This document shows, in pieces, positions 10,129-19,615 of a stretch of 64,000 nt of DNA. Made by a program: the position numbers and the translations under genes. The stretch is from an uncultured Pseudomonadales bacterium. GTDB taxonomy: Bacteria > Patescibacteriota > Microgenomatia > UBA1400 > PJMF01. Location of the stretch: NCBI GenBank assembly GCA_964404025.1, contig CAYOIJ010000002.1:23839-87838 (forward strand). The letters are read 5' to 3'. The notes below the pieces were generated by a model, which was given only the letters and a program-made list of their open reading frames with translations, was not told where the DNA came from and searched no databases. Position 1 is the first letter of the stretch. Each line of letters opens with the position of its first letter.

Positions 10129-10778
10129 AAAGATTTTCCTTTCTTTGAGCTAATTAATATTTTTTTAGACCTTTTAATTTTCAAAATCCAGAACAAACAA
10201 ATAATTAAAGCAATTAATAGAAAACTAAGTAAGAAAAAAAGCAATTGAGTTGTTTGTTGGTGAAAATTATCTTTTGTTTCAATTGAAGGATTAGCTAGAG
10301 TTTCCTGAGAATCCTCACTTTGCATAGCTAAAACCTCGGGCTTGTTTTCCAAAAGCTCCGAGTCTTTTTCTTGACAATTTAAAATAAAATTTAAATCAAA
10401 ATTAATTTGATAATCTTCATCAAATCCTGCTAAATAAAATTCTAAGCGATATAATTTTGAGCTCATTGCTTCTAATGTTAAAAAATCTAATTTTTGTGAA
10501 AAAAAATTCAATAAATCGCCACTAAATAGTTGAAAATTTTGATAATAAATTTTTAGATCAATCTGTGACCACAGAGCAGTATCTTTTTGCCCTACTGTTT
10601 CTGCATCCAAAGTGACTTGACAAGTTTGACCGAGATGATTGCTGATAAATAAATAATAATTGTATTGGGCAGGAACAAGCTGAGTATTAATGCTGATTTT
10701 TCCCAAAGAATCTTTGTTCAATTGGCAAGTGAAGTCCTTATTCAATCCACAATCAAGAACTATTTGATGGCCTAACAT
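10125..10778 (-). CDS. Hypothetical protein with C-terminal TM anchor and basic tail
   Basis: 217 aa. C-terminal LLFFLLSFLLIALIICLFWILKIKRSKK. ATGA start/stop overlaps with both neighbours suggest translational coupling. Confidence 0.35.
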   Translation of the reverse strand: MLGHQIVLDCGLNKDFTCQLNKDSLGKISINTQLVPAQYNYYLFISNHLGQTCQVTLDAETVGQKDTALWSQIDLKIYYQNFQLFSGDLLNFFSQKLDFLTLEAMSSKLYRLEFYLAGFDEDYQINFDLNFILNCQEKDSELLENKPEVLAMQSEDSQETLANPSIETKDNFHQQTTQLLFFLLSFLLIALIICLFWILKIKRSKKILISSKKGKSL

Positions 10779-11734
10779 TAAAATTTCTCCAAACTCAACA
10801 AGCTTAAATCTTTGCAGATAAAATCTTGAACATTAATTAAAACTCTTTCATTCAAATTGGGCCAAAAATCTTTAAAAACTAAATTGGGTAATAAATAAAA
10901 ATTATTCTGACTAATAAATTGCTCCGATTGCCCATCGCAGCTGAGCTTCCATAAAGAGTTTTTAAAAAAGTCCTCCTTGGGAAACAAAAAGCTCAGGGTT
11001 AAGCTTTGATCTCTTTCTCTAATAGCTATTAGATCATCAATTAAATGATTAGAAAAAGTATAAATGGGCCAATTTTGATCGAAAGAAACAATGGATTTTT
11101 TCTCTACATGGCTCGCTAAATCTTTAACTTCCTGATCTCCAATCAATAAATAGTCGCCAGAATCCAAAACAATAATCTGTGAGCTCAAGCTTCTTAGATA
11201 TATAACACTAGCTTTTTCTTTATCCCCTAAGTTGCCGGCATAAAAAATTAAGCTTGCTCCTCGAGTGTTATACCTTTTCAAATCCAAAATAACTTTATTC
11301 CAAGAAAAACCAGATTGCCTTATTGTTTTTGCAAAAATTACTTCCTCCAAACCCTCTTTTTTAAAAACAATATAAAAAACTGGATTATCGAAATGTATTA
11401 AATCCTCATCACTCTCCAACAAATACTCGAAGCTCAAAGCAGCTATAGCTTCTTTTTTAGGCAAACTCACTTGATGGTAGCTATGAATCTCAACAACTTG
11501 CTTGGGATCGAACACTTCCCTCAATAAAAAATTGTTATTTTGATGAACTAAATAAAAATTATGTTGAGGGTCATCTTCCAAATTGATAAAATTTTTATCT
11601 AAATAAAAATTCTTTGTTTGTCTAAAGCCAATACTATTATTTTTGATAGTAAAATTTATTTTCTGGGCTTGAGCTGACTGACTAAGAATTAAAGTTGTGC
11701 TAAAAAATACTAAGCTAATTATTAAAAAACGCAT
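10778..11734 (-). CDS. Hypothetical secreted protein (signal peptide)
   Basis: 318 aa with an N-terminal signal-like segment MRFLIISLVFFSTTLILSQSAQA. First gene of the minus-strand operon. Confidence 0.4.
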   Translation of the reverse strand: MRFLIISLVFFSTTLILSQSAQAQKINFTIKNNSIGFRQTKNFYLDKNFINLEDDPQHNFYLVHQNNNFLLREVFDPKQVVEIHSYHQVSLPKKEAIAALSFEYLLESDEDLIHFDNPVFYIVFKKEGLEEVIFAKTIRQSGFSWNKVILDLKRYNTRGASLIFYAGNLGDKEKASVIYLRSLSSQIIVLDSGDYLLIGDQEVKDLASHVEKKSIVSFDQNWPIYTFSNHLIDDLIAIRERDQSLTLSFLFPKEDFFKNSLWKLSCDGQSEQFISQNNFYLLPNLVFKDFWPNLNERVLINVQDFICKDLSLLSLEKF

Positions 11735-11775
11735 TAAGCATATTCTCTAAAAGAAAAATGACATTATTGCTAACG

Positions 11776-11804
11776 TTTACAAAAAACAATAAAATTTGTA
11801 TAAT
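11776..11804 (+). promoter_or_regulatory. Sigma70-type promoter for tRNA-Glu (TTTACA-N17-TATAAT)
   Basis: TTTACA at 11776..11781, 17-nt spacer, TATAAT at 11799..11804, 16 nt upstream of the tRNA 5' end. Confidence 0.5.
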
Positions 11805-11820
11805 CCAGAGGCAATAAACT

Positions 11821-11892
11821 GGCCTCATCGTCTAGTGGTTAGGACATCGGGTTCTCATCCCGATAACTGGGGTTCGATTCCCCATGAGGTCA
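11821..11892 (+). tRNA. tRNA-Glu (anticodon CUC), CCA not encoded
   Basis: GGCCTCATCGTCTAGTGGTTAGGACATCGGGTTCTCATCCCGATAACTGGGGTTCGATTCCCCATGAGGTCA. 7-bp acceptor stem (one G-U). D-arm TCGTCTAGTGGTTAGGACA typical of tRNA-Glu. Anticodon loop TTCTCAT. T-arm GGGGTTCGATTCCCC. Confidence 0.85.
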
Positions 11893-11937
11893 CACTAAAC
11901 TACTCAATATCAATACAAAAACTAAAACTAGTAAAAA

Positions 11938-13146
11938 CTATTCAGACCTCAGCGCTTCAATTGGCGACAGGTCAGCAGCTCTTTTGGCCGGAGCTACCCC
12001 AAAAATTAAACCAACTGCTGTTGATACTCCAAAAGCTAATAACACTGCCGTTAAAGTAACTTTAGCTGGGAAAATAGCTTGAATAGCCAAAGTGCCTAAA
12101 GCAGCTAAAATTAGGCCAATTATTCCACCTAAAACTGATAAGAGGGCCGCCTCAATTAAAAATTGTAACAAAATTTGATTAGGTGTGGCTCCTAAAGCTT
12201 TGCGAAGTCCAATTTCTCTAGTTCTTTCAGAAACTGAAACTAACATAATGTTCATGATGCCTATGCCACCAACCAACAAGGAAATAGCAGCAATACCACC
12301 TAGAGCAACAGTTAACATTGATAGAATATTGTTAATGGTACTAAGCAGCTGTGATTGATCAAAAACACTAAACTCATCACTTTCAAAGGTTTTTTCTAAC
12401 TCTTCTTCAATAGCACGAATAGCCTCTGGAATTAGGCTGCTGTCTTTTATTTTGACTGAAAATTCAGTTAAACCAGTTTGTTGATAAATTCTGCTGATTA
12501 GTTGGTAGGGCGCATAAACATAATCATCAAAACTAGGACCACCAAAACTACTACCTTGTTCAGCTGCCACACCAATGACTGTGAAACGCTGGTTACCAAT
12601 TCTAATTTTTCTACCGATTGGATCTAAATTGTCAAATAGTTCTTTTTTTATATTGTGGCCAAGAACCACTACTTTTTCTCCAGATCGCTCCTCGCTTTCA
12701 CTAAAAAAACGGCCACTTTCGATATCTATAGTAATAACTTTTGAGTAATTGGCTAATGTGCCTAAAATAGTGACCTTTACTTCATTTTCCAAAAACTTAG
12801 CTTTATCAATTCCGGTTGCATAATAAGTAATTTCTTCAACATAAGTTCTCAGTCTTTTAACTCGCTCAATATCTCTCAAGGTAAATTTATTACTTGATAA
12901 AAACTGGTCCATGCCACCAGTATTAAATCCGCCATCTTCAGAAAAAACCTGACCTATTGAAACATAAACTGTGTTAGCTCCTAAGCTTTCAAACTGTTCA
13001 GTTACATAAGATTGTAAACCACTGCCCAAACCAGTAAGCATCACGACTGAGGCTACTCCAATAATAATTCCCAAAGTGGTTAAAAAGGTACGCCCTTTAT
13101 TTATTAATAAGGCTCTAATGGCAACTTTAAAAGTATTTAAAAGCAT
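11938..13146 (-). CDS. ABC transporter permease, FtsX/MacB-like
   Basis: 402 aa. N-terminal TM, large periplasmic domain, then 3 C-terminal TM helices (FtsX-like). Adjacent to and overlapping the ABC ATPase gene. Confidence 0.8.
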   Translation of the reverse strand: MLLNTFKVAIRALLINKGRTFLTTLGIIIGVASVVMLTGLGSGLQSYVTEQFESLGANTVYVSIGQVFSEDGGFNTGGMDQFLSSNKFTLRDIERVKRLRTYVEEITYYATGIDKAKFLENEVKVTILGTLANYSKVITIDIESGRFFSESEERSGEKVVVLGHNIKKELFDNLDPIGRKIRIGNQRFTVIGVAAEQGSSFGGPSFDDYVYAPYQLISRIYQQTGLTEFSVKIKDSSLIPEAIRAIEEELEKTFESDEFSVFDQSQLLSTINNILSMLTVALGGIAAISLLVGGIGIMNIMLVSVSERTREIGLRKALGATPNQILLQFLIEAALLSVLGGIIGLILAALGTLAIQAIFPAKVTLTAVLLAFGVSTAVGLIFGVAPAKRAADLSPIEALRSE

Positions 13147-13859
13147 TTTTTACCATCCAGTCTTAAATCTTTAATAACTTGGCCATCTTTAATAATAACC
13201 TCGCGTTTCGCTATCTCGGCTACATTTTGGTCATGAGTAACTAAAATAATAGTTTTTCCCTCTTTGTTTAAATTGACTAAAATTTTTTTAATTTCACCCC
13301 CCGATTTTGAATCTAAATTCCCAGTTGGCTCATCAGCAAAAACAATGCTAGGGTTATTAACTAAAGCTCTAGCAATTGCCACTCGTTGCTGTTGACCTCC
13401 AGATAGCTCCCCAGGCTTGTTTGATAAACGATCTCCCAAGCCCACTTTTTCTAACATTGCTGCTGATCTTTTTTTTCTCTCTGTTTCAGATACCCCAGCA
13501 TAAACCAAGGGCAAAGCCACTTGCTCCAAAGCTGAAGTCTTTGCTAATAAATTAAATTGCTGAAATACAAAGCCAATCTCCTGGTTGCGTAAACGCGCTC
13601 TTTCTATCTCATTATAATCAGTAACATTTTTCTTTTTTAGAAAAATATTACCCTTTGTTGGATAAGACAGCATGCTGGCAACTTGCAAAAATGTCGATTT
13701 ACCAGACCCAGAAGGACCCATAATTACCACAAAATCTCCTTCACAAATACTTAAAGAAAGTTTGTTTAAAGCTGGAATTCTTTGTTTACCTAAAGTATAA
13801 ATTTTAGAAACTTGTTTGAGCTCTAAAATGGCATTAAGTCTCTTTTTCGTCTTAGCCAT
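13137..13859 (-). CDS. ABC transporter ATP-binding protein (MacB/LolD-like)
   Basis: Walker A GPSGSGKST. ABC signature LSGGQQQRVAIARAL. Walker B IVFADEPT. H-loop VTHD. Confidence 0.85.
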   Translation of the reverse strand: MAKTKKRLNAILELKQVSKIYTLGKQRIPALNKLSLSICEGDFVVIMGPSGSGKSTFLQVASMLSYPTKGNIFLKKKNVTDYNEIERARLRNQEIGFVFQQFNLLAKTSALEQVALPLVYAGVSETERKKRSAAMLEKVGLGDRLSNKPGELSGGQQQRVAIARALVNNPSIVFADEPTGNLDSKSGGEIKKILVNLNKEGKTIILVTHDQNVAEIAKREVIIKDGQVIKDLRLDGKKCF

Positions 13860-13866
13860 AATTTAT

Positions 13867-14913
13867 TTATTTCTCAATGAGGATAATTTCGCCTTCTGCC
13901 AAACCACTCTGAACCTCTGCCATTTCGTCGCTTTCTAAACCTAATTCCACCACTCTTTCCTCATATCCTTGACGACTTTGATCCTTAACCTTGACTATAG
14001 TCTGGCCCTCCTGAGAGCTAATTGCTTCTAAGGGTATTACCAAAACATTGGTTTTTTTGGCTAATTCTATTTCTACATCGACATTCATACCCAAACGATA
14101 CTTACTTAGATCTTCAACCTCTATCATTGGTAATTCAAGCCTAAAAACCGTGCCAGTACTTCCCATAGTACTTTTTAAAGCTATAAAATCTATCTCACTT
14201 CGAATTGTTTCCTCTGGGTAAGCATCAAAAATTAGATTAGCACCCTGGCCCAAACTAATAAGTGAAAGATCAATCTCGTCTAGTTCAGCCTTAACCAGCA
14301 AAGTTTTAGGATTGACTAATTCAAAAACATCGCTTGGGGACAGGGTCACACCCGTAACTTGACTGGGCATTGTTAGTAATATTCCAGCAAAGGGAGCTGT
14401 CATAACTCGATTGCTTGTAGCAACACTAATTAACTCAACATCCAAAACAGTATTATCCAAAAGATTCTGATCTTGCTTGCGCGCTCTGATTTCATCATCA
14501 GTTAAAACCTGATCTTTATCTTCTTCGACTTGAGCATCCCAATCAAAGCGACGATTTTCATAGTAGTTAAGGTTTTTTTCCAAGTTTTTTTGCAAATCTC
14601 GAGCATCAATGCTAGCAATAGTTTGCCACTTTTTCACCCACTCACCCTCCTGTGCTCCCAAATAAACTAATTTACCACCAGCCAAAAAATTAAGATAAAC
14701 CCGCTCTTTTGCATCTAAAGTTCCTGATAAAACCAAGCTTTGAGTAATATCTTGTCGCTCTACTTGATGCTCAACAAACTGAACTTCTTGTTTCCTTTGA
14801 CGATTCCACAAAATCCCTGCTCCGACAAGAACCACTACAGCAATAATCGCTATTAACTTCCAATTTTTTTTACTAAAGAATTTTTTAATTTTCGACATTT
14901 GTTTGTAACTCAA
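13867..14913 (-). CDS. HlyD-family periplasmic adaptor (membrane fusion protein, MacA-like)
   Basis: N-terminal TM anchor, coiled-coil region and beta-barrel/lipoyl-like C-terminal part. First gene of the adaptor-ATPase-permease triad. Confidence 0.7.
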   Translation of the reverse strand: MSYKQMSKIKKFFSKKNWKLIAIIAVVVLVGAGILWNRQRKQEVQFVEHQVERQDITQSLVLSGTLDAKERVYLNFLAGGKLVYLGAQEGEWVKKWQTIASIDARDLQKNLEKNLNYYENRRFDWDAQVEEDKDQVLTDDEIRARKQDQNLLDNTVLDVELISVATSNRVMTAPFAGILLTMPSQVTGVTLSPSDVFELVNPKTLLVKAELDEIDLSLISLGQGANLIFDAYPEETIRSEIDFIALKSTMGSTGTVFRLELPMIEVEDLSKYRLGMNVDVEIELAKKTNVLVIPLEAISSQEGQTIVKVKDQSRQGYEERVVELGLESDEMAEVQSGLAEGEIILIEK

Positions 14914-15079
14914 TTATATATTAATAAAAAACTTAATTATGAGCCATTTAGAATAACAAAAAAACTAAATTTTAGCAAACTATTTTTTTTGTTTTTTATA
15001 CTTTAAACTTTGCTCTATATCAATTGAAATTAAAATAAGCGCTGTCAAAAAAACAAAATTTTTGTTAAAATGAGTTATT

Positions 15080-15607
15080 ATGAAAAAACAATGCTCCTTT
15101 CTCTACAATAAAAATATCAAAGATCTAGCTAATAAAGGCGTTCCTTTATTCAAAGAATTACCACATTTACCTCAAAAATGGGTAGAGGGTATTGTTAAGG
15201 TTTTACCTATCTTAGTGTTGATTGGTGGAATTTTTAGCATTATTAACGCACTACAAAATATATTTATTTTTAATCGCACTCAATCCTGGATAATGCACTT
15301 GGCTCAAGTTAATCGATCCTATTATTATGTTTCTGGTATCTTTACTGCTCTGATGGGCATACTTTATTTAATGGCCTACAAAGCTTTAAAAAATAAGGAG
15401 TACGAGGGTTGGTTGTTGCTCTTTTTAGCTGCTCTTTTATCTCTAGTTCAAAGTATTGTGATACTGATTTTAGGCTGGGGTGGTATTTTTGGTTTAATTA
15501 TCTCTGCTGCAATTGGTTTTTATTTACTATATGAAATTCGTCCAGAATTCATAAAAGTTGAAAAGAAAAAAACAACTAGTTCTAAAAAAACAAAAAAAAG
15601 TAAATAA
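15080..15607 (+). CDS. Hypothetical membrane protein
   Basis: 175 aa, about 4 TM helices, Lys-rich C-terminal tail. Confidence 0.35.
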   Translation: MKKQCSFLYNKNIKDLANKGVPLFKELPHLPQKWVEGIVKVLPILVLIGGIFSIINALQNIFIFNRTQSWIMHLAQVNRSYYYVSGIFTALMGILYLMAYKALKNKEYEGWLLLFLAALLSLVQSIVILILGWGGIFGLIISAAIGFYLLYEIRPEFIKVEKKKTTSSKKTKKSK

Positions 15608-15610
15608 ATC

Positions 15611-16681
15611 ATGACTTACGAAGAAATAGCTAAGCTCTTAGGACAAGAGGCCAAATATTTGTTGGCTCATCGTTGTGAAAAACTAACAAAAGACCTGATT
15701 TATCAAGTTAATCCAAATCAAGTTAGAGATATTTTTTCTCAATCTAACCGCAGTGAAAAGGTAATTGAAAGCCTAGAAAAGATTTATGGGCATGGTCGTT
15801 TAGCAAACACTGGCTATTTATCAATTTTGCCAGTTGATCAAGATATAGAACATACAGCTAACTTTTCATTCTATAAAAACCCAATTTACTTTGATCCAGA
15901 AAATATTGTTAAACTGGCTATTGAAGCCGAAAGCAGCGCTCTTGTTTCTAGCCTTGGAGCTCTGGCCTTGTTGAGTAAAAAGTATGCTGATAAAATTCCT
16001 TTCATTGTTAAAATTAACCACAATGAACTATTAACTTATCCCAATAAATGGGACCAAAATATGTTCACCCAAGTTAAACAAGTTTATGAACTGGGGGCAG
16101 TGGCGGTTGGTGCCACTATTTATTTTGGCTCAACAGAAAGCAATCGACAACTAACTGAAGTCGCCCAAGCTTTTTATCAAGCTCATCAATTGGGTTTAGC
16201 CACTATTCTTTGGTGTTATCCACGTAATAGTGCTTGGAAAACTAAAGATGTTGATTACAACTCCAGCGCAGACATTACTTCTCAAGCCAACCGCCTGGGT
16301 GTAAGTATTGGCGCTGACATCATTAAACAAAAAATGCCAAACACTGATGGAGCTTTTCGCCAGCTTAAATTTGCCAAATATAGTGACGAGATGTATGAGT
16401 CACTGAGTACTGAAAACCCAATAGATATGGTACGCTTACAAGTTATTAATTGTTTCGCTGGGAAAATCGCTCTACTAAATTCTGGAGGAGAAAGCAATGC
16501 CGAAGGAGATCTTCAAAAAGATTTAAAAGCAGCAATAAAAAGTGCAGTGATTAATAAAAGAGCTGGTGGTGCAGGCTTAATTTTAGGAAGAAAAGCTTTT
16601 AAACGAACAATGACAGAAGGCGTGAGCTTGCTTCGCGCTGTACAAGATGTTTACCTAGAAGAACAAATTACTATAGCTTAA
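15611..16681 (+). CDS. fbaB: Fructose-bisphosphate aldolase class I (FbaB/DhnA type)
   Basis: Full-length similarity to E. coli FbaB: LLAHRC, TGYLSILPVDQ, VKINHNE, AVGATIYFGS, GADIIKQKMP, NSGG, VINKRAGGAGLILGRKAFKR. Confidence 0.85.
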   Translation: MTYEEIAKLLGQEAKYLLAHRCEKLTKDLIYQVNPNQVRDIFSQSNRSEKVIESLEKIYGHGRLANTGYLSILPVDQDIEHTANFSFYKNPIYFDPENIVKLAIEAESSALVSSLGALALLSKKYADKIPFIVKINHNELLTYPNKWDQNMFTQVKQVYELGAVAVGATIYFGSTESNRQLTEVAQAFYQAHQLGLATILWCYPRNSAWKTKDVDYNSSADITSQANRLGVSIGADIIKQKMPNTDGAFRQLKFAKYSDEMYESLSTENPIDMVRLQVINCFAGKIALLNSGGESNAEGDLQKDLKAAIKSAVINKRAGGAGLILGRKAFKRTMTEGVSLLRAVQDVYLEEQITIA

Positions 16682-17298
16682 TTTTTATCCAAATAACTAG
16701 TCAGTGCTTGCCAAGCTTTTGCTCGGTGTGAGATTTTATTTTTAGTTTTTATTCCCAATTCAGCGAAGCTTTTTTGATACCCGTCAGGAATAAACAAGGG
16801 ATCGTAACCAAAGCCTGCTGGACCTCGTGGCTCTGTGGCAATCTGTCCAGTAACTTCTCCTACAAAAAACAAGGACTCTTCTTGTTTAAAAGCAAAAAGG
16901 CACAAAACTGTTTGAAATTTTGCTCGGCGACTACCCTGGCCTTCTAACTTTTTTAGCAATGCTAAATTGCGCTCTCGATCACTTCCCTCAAACCAACGTT
17001 TAGAGTCTACTCCAGGAAAATTTGGAAAACTTTCTAACAACAAGCCGCTATCATCCGCTAAACAAGGTAGTCGGCTTAACTGGTGAAAAGATTGGGCCTT
17101 AATTAAGGCGTTAGCTTTGAGAGTCTTACCTGTTTCAGCAACAATTAGTCCCGCTGGAACTTTTACCCCCAACTTTTCTAATAATTCTTGATCATTGAGG
17201 GTAAGAATTTGGTATTTATGATTTTTAAAAATCCTCTTTACTTCAGCAATTTTACCAAGATTTTGACTAGCAAATAAAATGTGCATGGTGCTGATCAC
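16678..17298 (-). CDS. rdgB: Non-canonical purine NTP pyrophosphatase (RdgB/Ham1)
   Basis: ILFASQNLGK at the N-terminus and FGYDPLFIPDG...KNKISHRAKA at the C-terminus are Ham1-family signatures. Confidence 0.8.
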   Translation of the reverse strand: MISTMHILFASQNLGKIAEVKRIFKNHKYQILTLNDQELLEKLGVKVPAGLIVAETGKTLKANALIKAQSFHQLSRLPCLADDSGLLLESFPNFPGVDSKRWFEGSDRERNLALLKKLEGQGSRRAKFQTVLCLFAFKQEESLFFVGEVTGQIATEPRGPAGFGYDPLFIPDGYQKSFAELGIKTKNKISHRAKAWQALTSYLDKN

Positions 17299-17582
17299 CT
17301 ACCCATCATGCCACCTAAACCACCAGTCATTGATTGTAATTTTTTAGCAGCAATTTCTTGAGATTTTTTGATTGCTTTGTTTAGAGCATTAACTAAGTCA
17401 GCACTGTGAATTCCTTGAACAGAAACATCTTTAATTTTTTGGTCTCCAGCAATTGTCACCACAATATCTCCCTCTTCTACCACAATTTCTTCAGCAGCTA
17501 GTTCTTGTTGCATTTGCTTAGCTTGCTTGCGTAATTTATTTAGATCTCCTAATTGACCTAATAAGCCACCTTTGTCTGCCAT
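17295..17582 (-). CDS. ybaB: Nucleoid-associated protein YbaB/EbfC
   Basis: 95 aa. LGQLGDLNKLRKQAKQMQQEL...VTIAGDQKIKDVSV... matches the YbaB family. Sits immediately after dnaX as in most bacteria. Confidence 0.85.
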   Translation of the reverse strand: MADKGGLLGQLGDLNKLRKQAKQMQQELAAEEIVVEEGDIVVTIAGDQKIKDVSVQGIHSADLVNALNKAIKKSQEIAAKKLQSMTGGLGGMMGR

Positions 17583-17625
17583 ATTCTTCCTTTTATACTA
17601 ATTGATAATATTTAATTAAATAAGA

Positions 17626-19179
17626 TTATATCAAAACATCCTTAGCTGTCTCTAACAAATCATTTTCTACCTCTACTGGTTTGCTTAAAACAAAATCAAA
17701 TTGAAGAGCTTCTCCTAGAATATTTTGACAACTTTGGTGCAATAAATTTCGATATTTTTGCTGTTCCAATTGTTCTTTGTGAAAATCATAAAAAACTAAA
17801 ATTCTAGCTGTACCATCAATGACGCCCTCTAATTTACAAGCCTGTAAAAGTGCCGATAAGGAAAAGTTTTCTTGCGCAACAAATTTCAACAACTTCTGCC
17901 ACAACTCAGATGCTGAGGACACTGATAATGAGTGTTTTAAAATACCATTGCCACTATTGTTTATATTTTTAGCGAGACTTTCTTTAACAGGCTCAAACTG
18001 CTCTATTTGACTTTTTTTTTTGCTTTTTTTGAAAATTGCTTTTTTTTGTCTTGAAGAACCTCCATCCCCCTTGAGGTTCTTGCCATTTTTCGTTTGCTCG
18101 TTTGATCTATCAATAATAGCTAAGAAAACTAATTCCAGTACTAAAAAACTAATTGGCAATTCTTGCTGTAAATCGACATTGCTTAGTTCTTTTAATAAAA
18201 AATGATCTACTTTTCGTTCTGTAAAAACCTTTCCCTTTTTTACTCCTAAATTTATCAATAAATCATCGTGTAAAAATTCTAATAGATCCTTATAAAAAGT
18301 TTTTTGCTGATAGTTTTTTGCTCGCAATTCCATAAACAACAGGCTAATTGCTGCAGCATCTTTAGCTAACAGCAGAGATAATAACTGTTTAATATAAGCT
18401 AAATTATCTTGGCCTAGATAAGCGTCAATTATTGACATTTCAAGTTTGCCACTTTGACAAGCTAACTCTAAATTTTTAACCGCATCTCGAAAACTTCCAT
18501 CGGCACGATGAGCAATACTTACTAGATCTTGTTTTTTATAGTCAATTTTTTCTGCTTTTAATATCCTTTCAAGCGCTTTGACTATTTCTTCTTCACTAGC
18601 TTTATGGAAATCAAGTAAAGTACAGCGTGAAATAATGGTAGCTGGTAGTTTTTGCAACTCTGTAGTGGCTAAAATAAAAACTACGTGTGGTGGTGGCTCT
18701 TCTAAAACCTTTAAAAAGGCATTAAAAGCCTCAGTGGTTAACATGTGCACTTCATCCAAAATATAGACTGCCATCTTGGCACCCTGAGGCGGTAAAATTA
18801 TTCTTTCTTTGAGAAGTCTAATGTCATCAATACCTCGGTTACTAGCTGCATCCAACTCATGAACTAAAAAAGATTGTCCTTCATAAACCTTTTGAGCTAA
18901 AGCTGAACTGGGGTCTGGCTCTTGAAAAACTAAGTTTTTTTTCTTTTTATCATTCTTTTGATTGAAATATAATTGATCGACCAAGACTTCATTTTTAGGG
19001 TCATTAAGTAGAGAAGCTAAAATGCGTGAAGCAGAAGTCTTACCAGTCCCTTTGGGACCAGCAAATATCAATGATTGAGGAATTTTACCAGCCTTCATCA
19101 TTGCTTGCAGACTCTCTCTCACTTGAGTAATATCTAGCTCTGCAATGGTTTTTGGACGATATTTTCGATACCAAGCCAT
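17626..19179 (-). CDS. dnaX: DNA polymerase III subunit gamma/tau
   Basis: AAA+ clamp-loader motifs: YRPKTIAEL, GPKGTGKTS (Walker A), ILDEVHML (Walker B), SRC sensor. Lys-rich linker region. Confidence 0.85.
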   Translation of the reverse strand: MAWYRKYRPKTIAELDITQVRESLQAMMKAGKIPQSLIFAGPKGTGKTSASRILASLLNDPKNEVLVDQLYFNQKNDKKKKNLVFQEPDPSSALAQKVYEGQSFLVHELDAASNRGIDDIRLLKERIILPPQGAKMAVYILDEVHMLTTEAFNAFLKVLEEPPPHVVFILATTELQKLPATIISRCTLLDFHKASEEEIVKALERILKAEKIDYKKQDLVSIAHRADGSFRDAVKNLELACQSGKLEMSIIDAYLGQDNLAYIKQLLSLLLAKDAAAISLLFMELRAKNYQQKTFYKDLLEFLHDDLLINLGVKKGKVFTERKVDHFLLKELSNVDLQQELPISFLVLELVFLAIIDRSNEQTKNGKNLKGDGGSSRQKKAIFKKSKKKSQIEQFEPVKESLAKNINNSGNGILKHSLSVSSASELWQKLLKFVAQENFSLSALLQACKLEGVIDGTARILVFYDFHKEQLEQQKYRNLLHQSCQNILGEALQFDFVLSKPVEVENDLLETAKDVLI

Positions 19180-19209
19180 AAGTAATTTTAGTTTAACATA
19201 TTAAAGTAA

Positions 19210-19605
19210 TTAATGGTCGTCATGATGATATCCCAAAAGGTGCATTAAGCCATGTTCTAAATAAAAATTAATTTGTTCATCCACCAATCTCCCAAAACGA
19301 CGGGCAGTTTTAACTGCCTCAGGAAAACTAATCACCACATCTCCTAAATGAGGAGGAACTTCTTCTGGCAGCGGAACATCTTTGAGTTGACCCTTATCAT
19401 GTTGGGGAAATGACAAAACATCGGTTTCTCCCGAATGGCCAAGTTTCTTTTCATTTAGCTCTTTGATTTTGCGTCCTCCAACAATGGATACATCCAGTTG
19501 AGCGTGTTCAATGCCATGCTGTTTTAAAATTCTCTCTGTAGTTTGACGAATCTGTTGACGATCGACTAGATAACGAGAACCTATAAATAAATTACATTTA
19601 ATCAT
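19210..19605 (-). CDS. ybeY: Endoribonuclease YbeY (rRNA maturation)
   Basis: 131 aa with the C-terminal HGLMHLLGYHHDD metal-binding motif (H-x3-H-x5-H). Confidence 0.85.
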   Translation of the reverse strand: MIKCNLFIGSRYLVDRQQIRQTTERILKQHGIEHAQLDVSIVGGRKIKELNEKKLGHSGETDVLSFPQHDKGQLKDVPLPEEVPPHLGDVVISFPEAVKTARRFGRLVDEQINFYLEHGLMHLLGYHHDDH

Positions 19606-19615
19606 ATTTTATTTC

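Noticed and set aside
11796-12059. 87-aa plus-strand ORF
   Set aside because: Overlaps the tRNA-Glu gene and runs antisense into the ABC permease gene. No coding signal.
17995-18060. Long T/A homopolymer-rich tract
   Set aside because: Lies inside dnaX and encodes the Lys-rich linker (KKSKKK...). Not a regulatory element or repeat.
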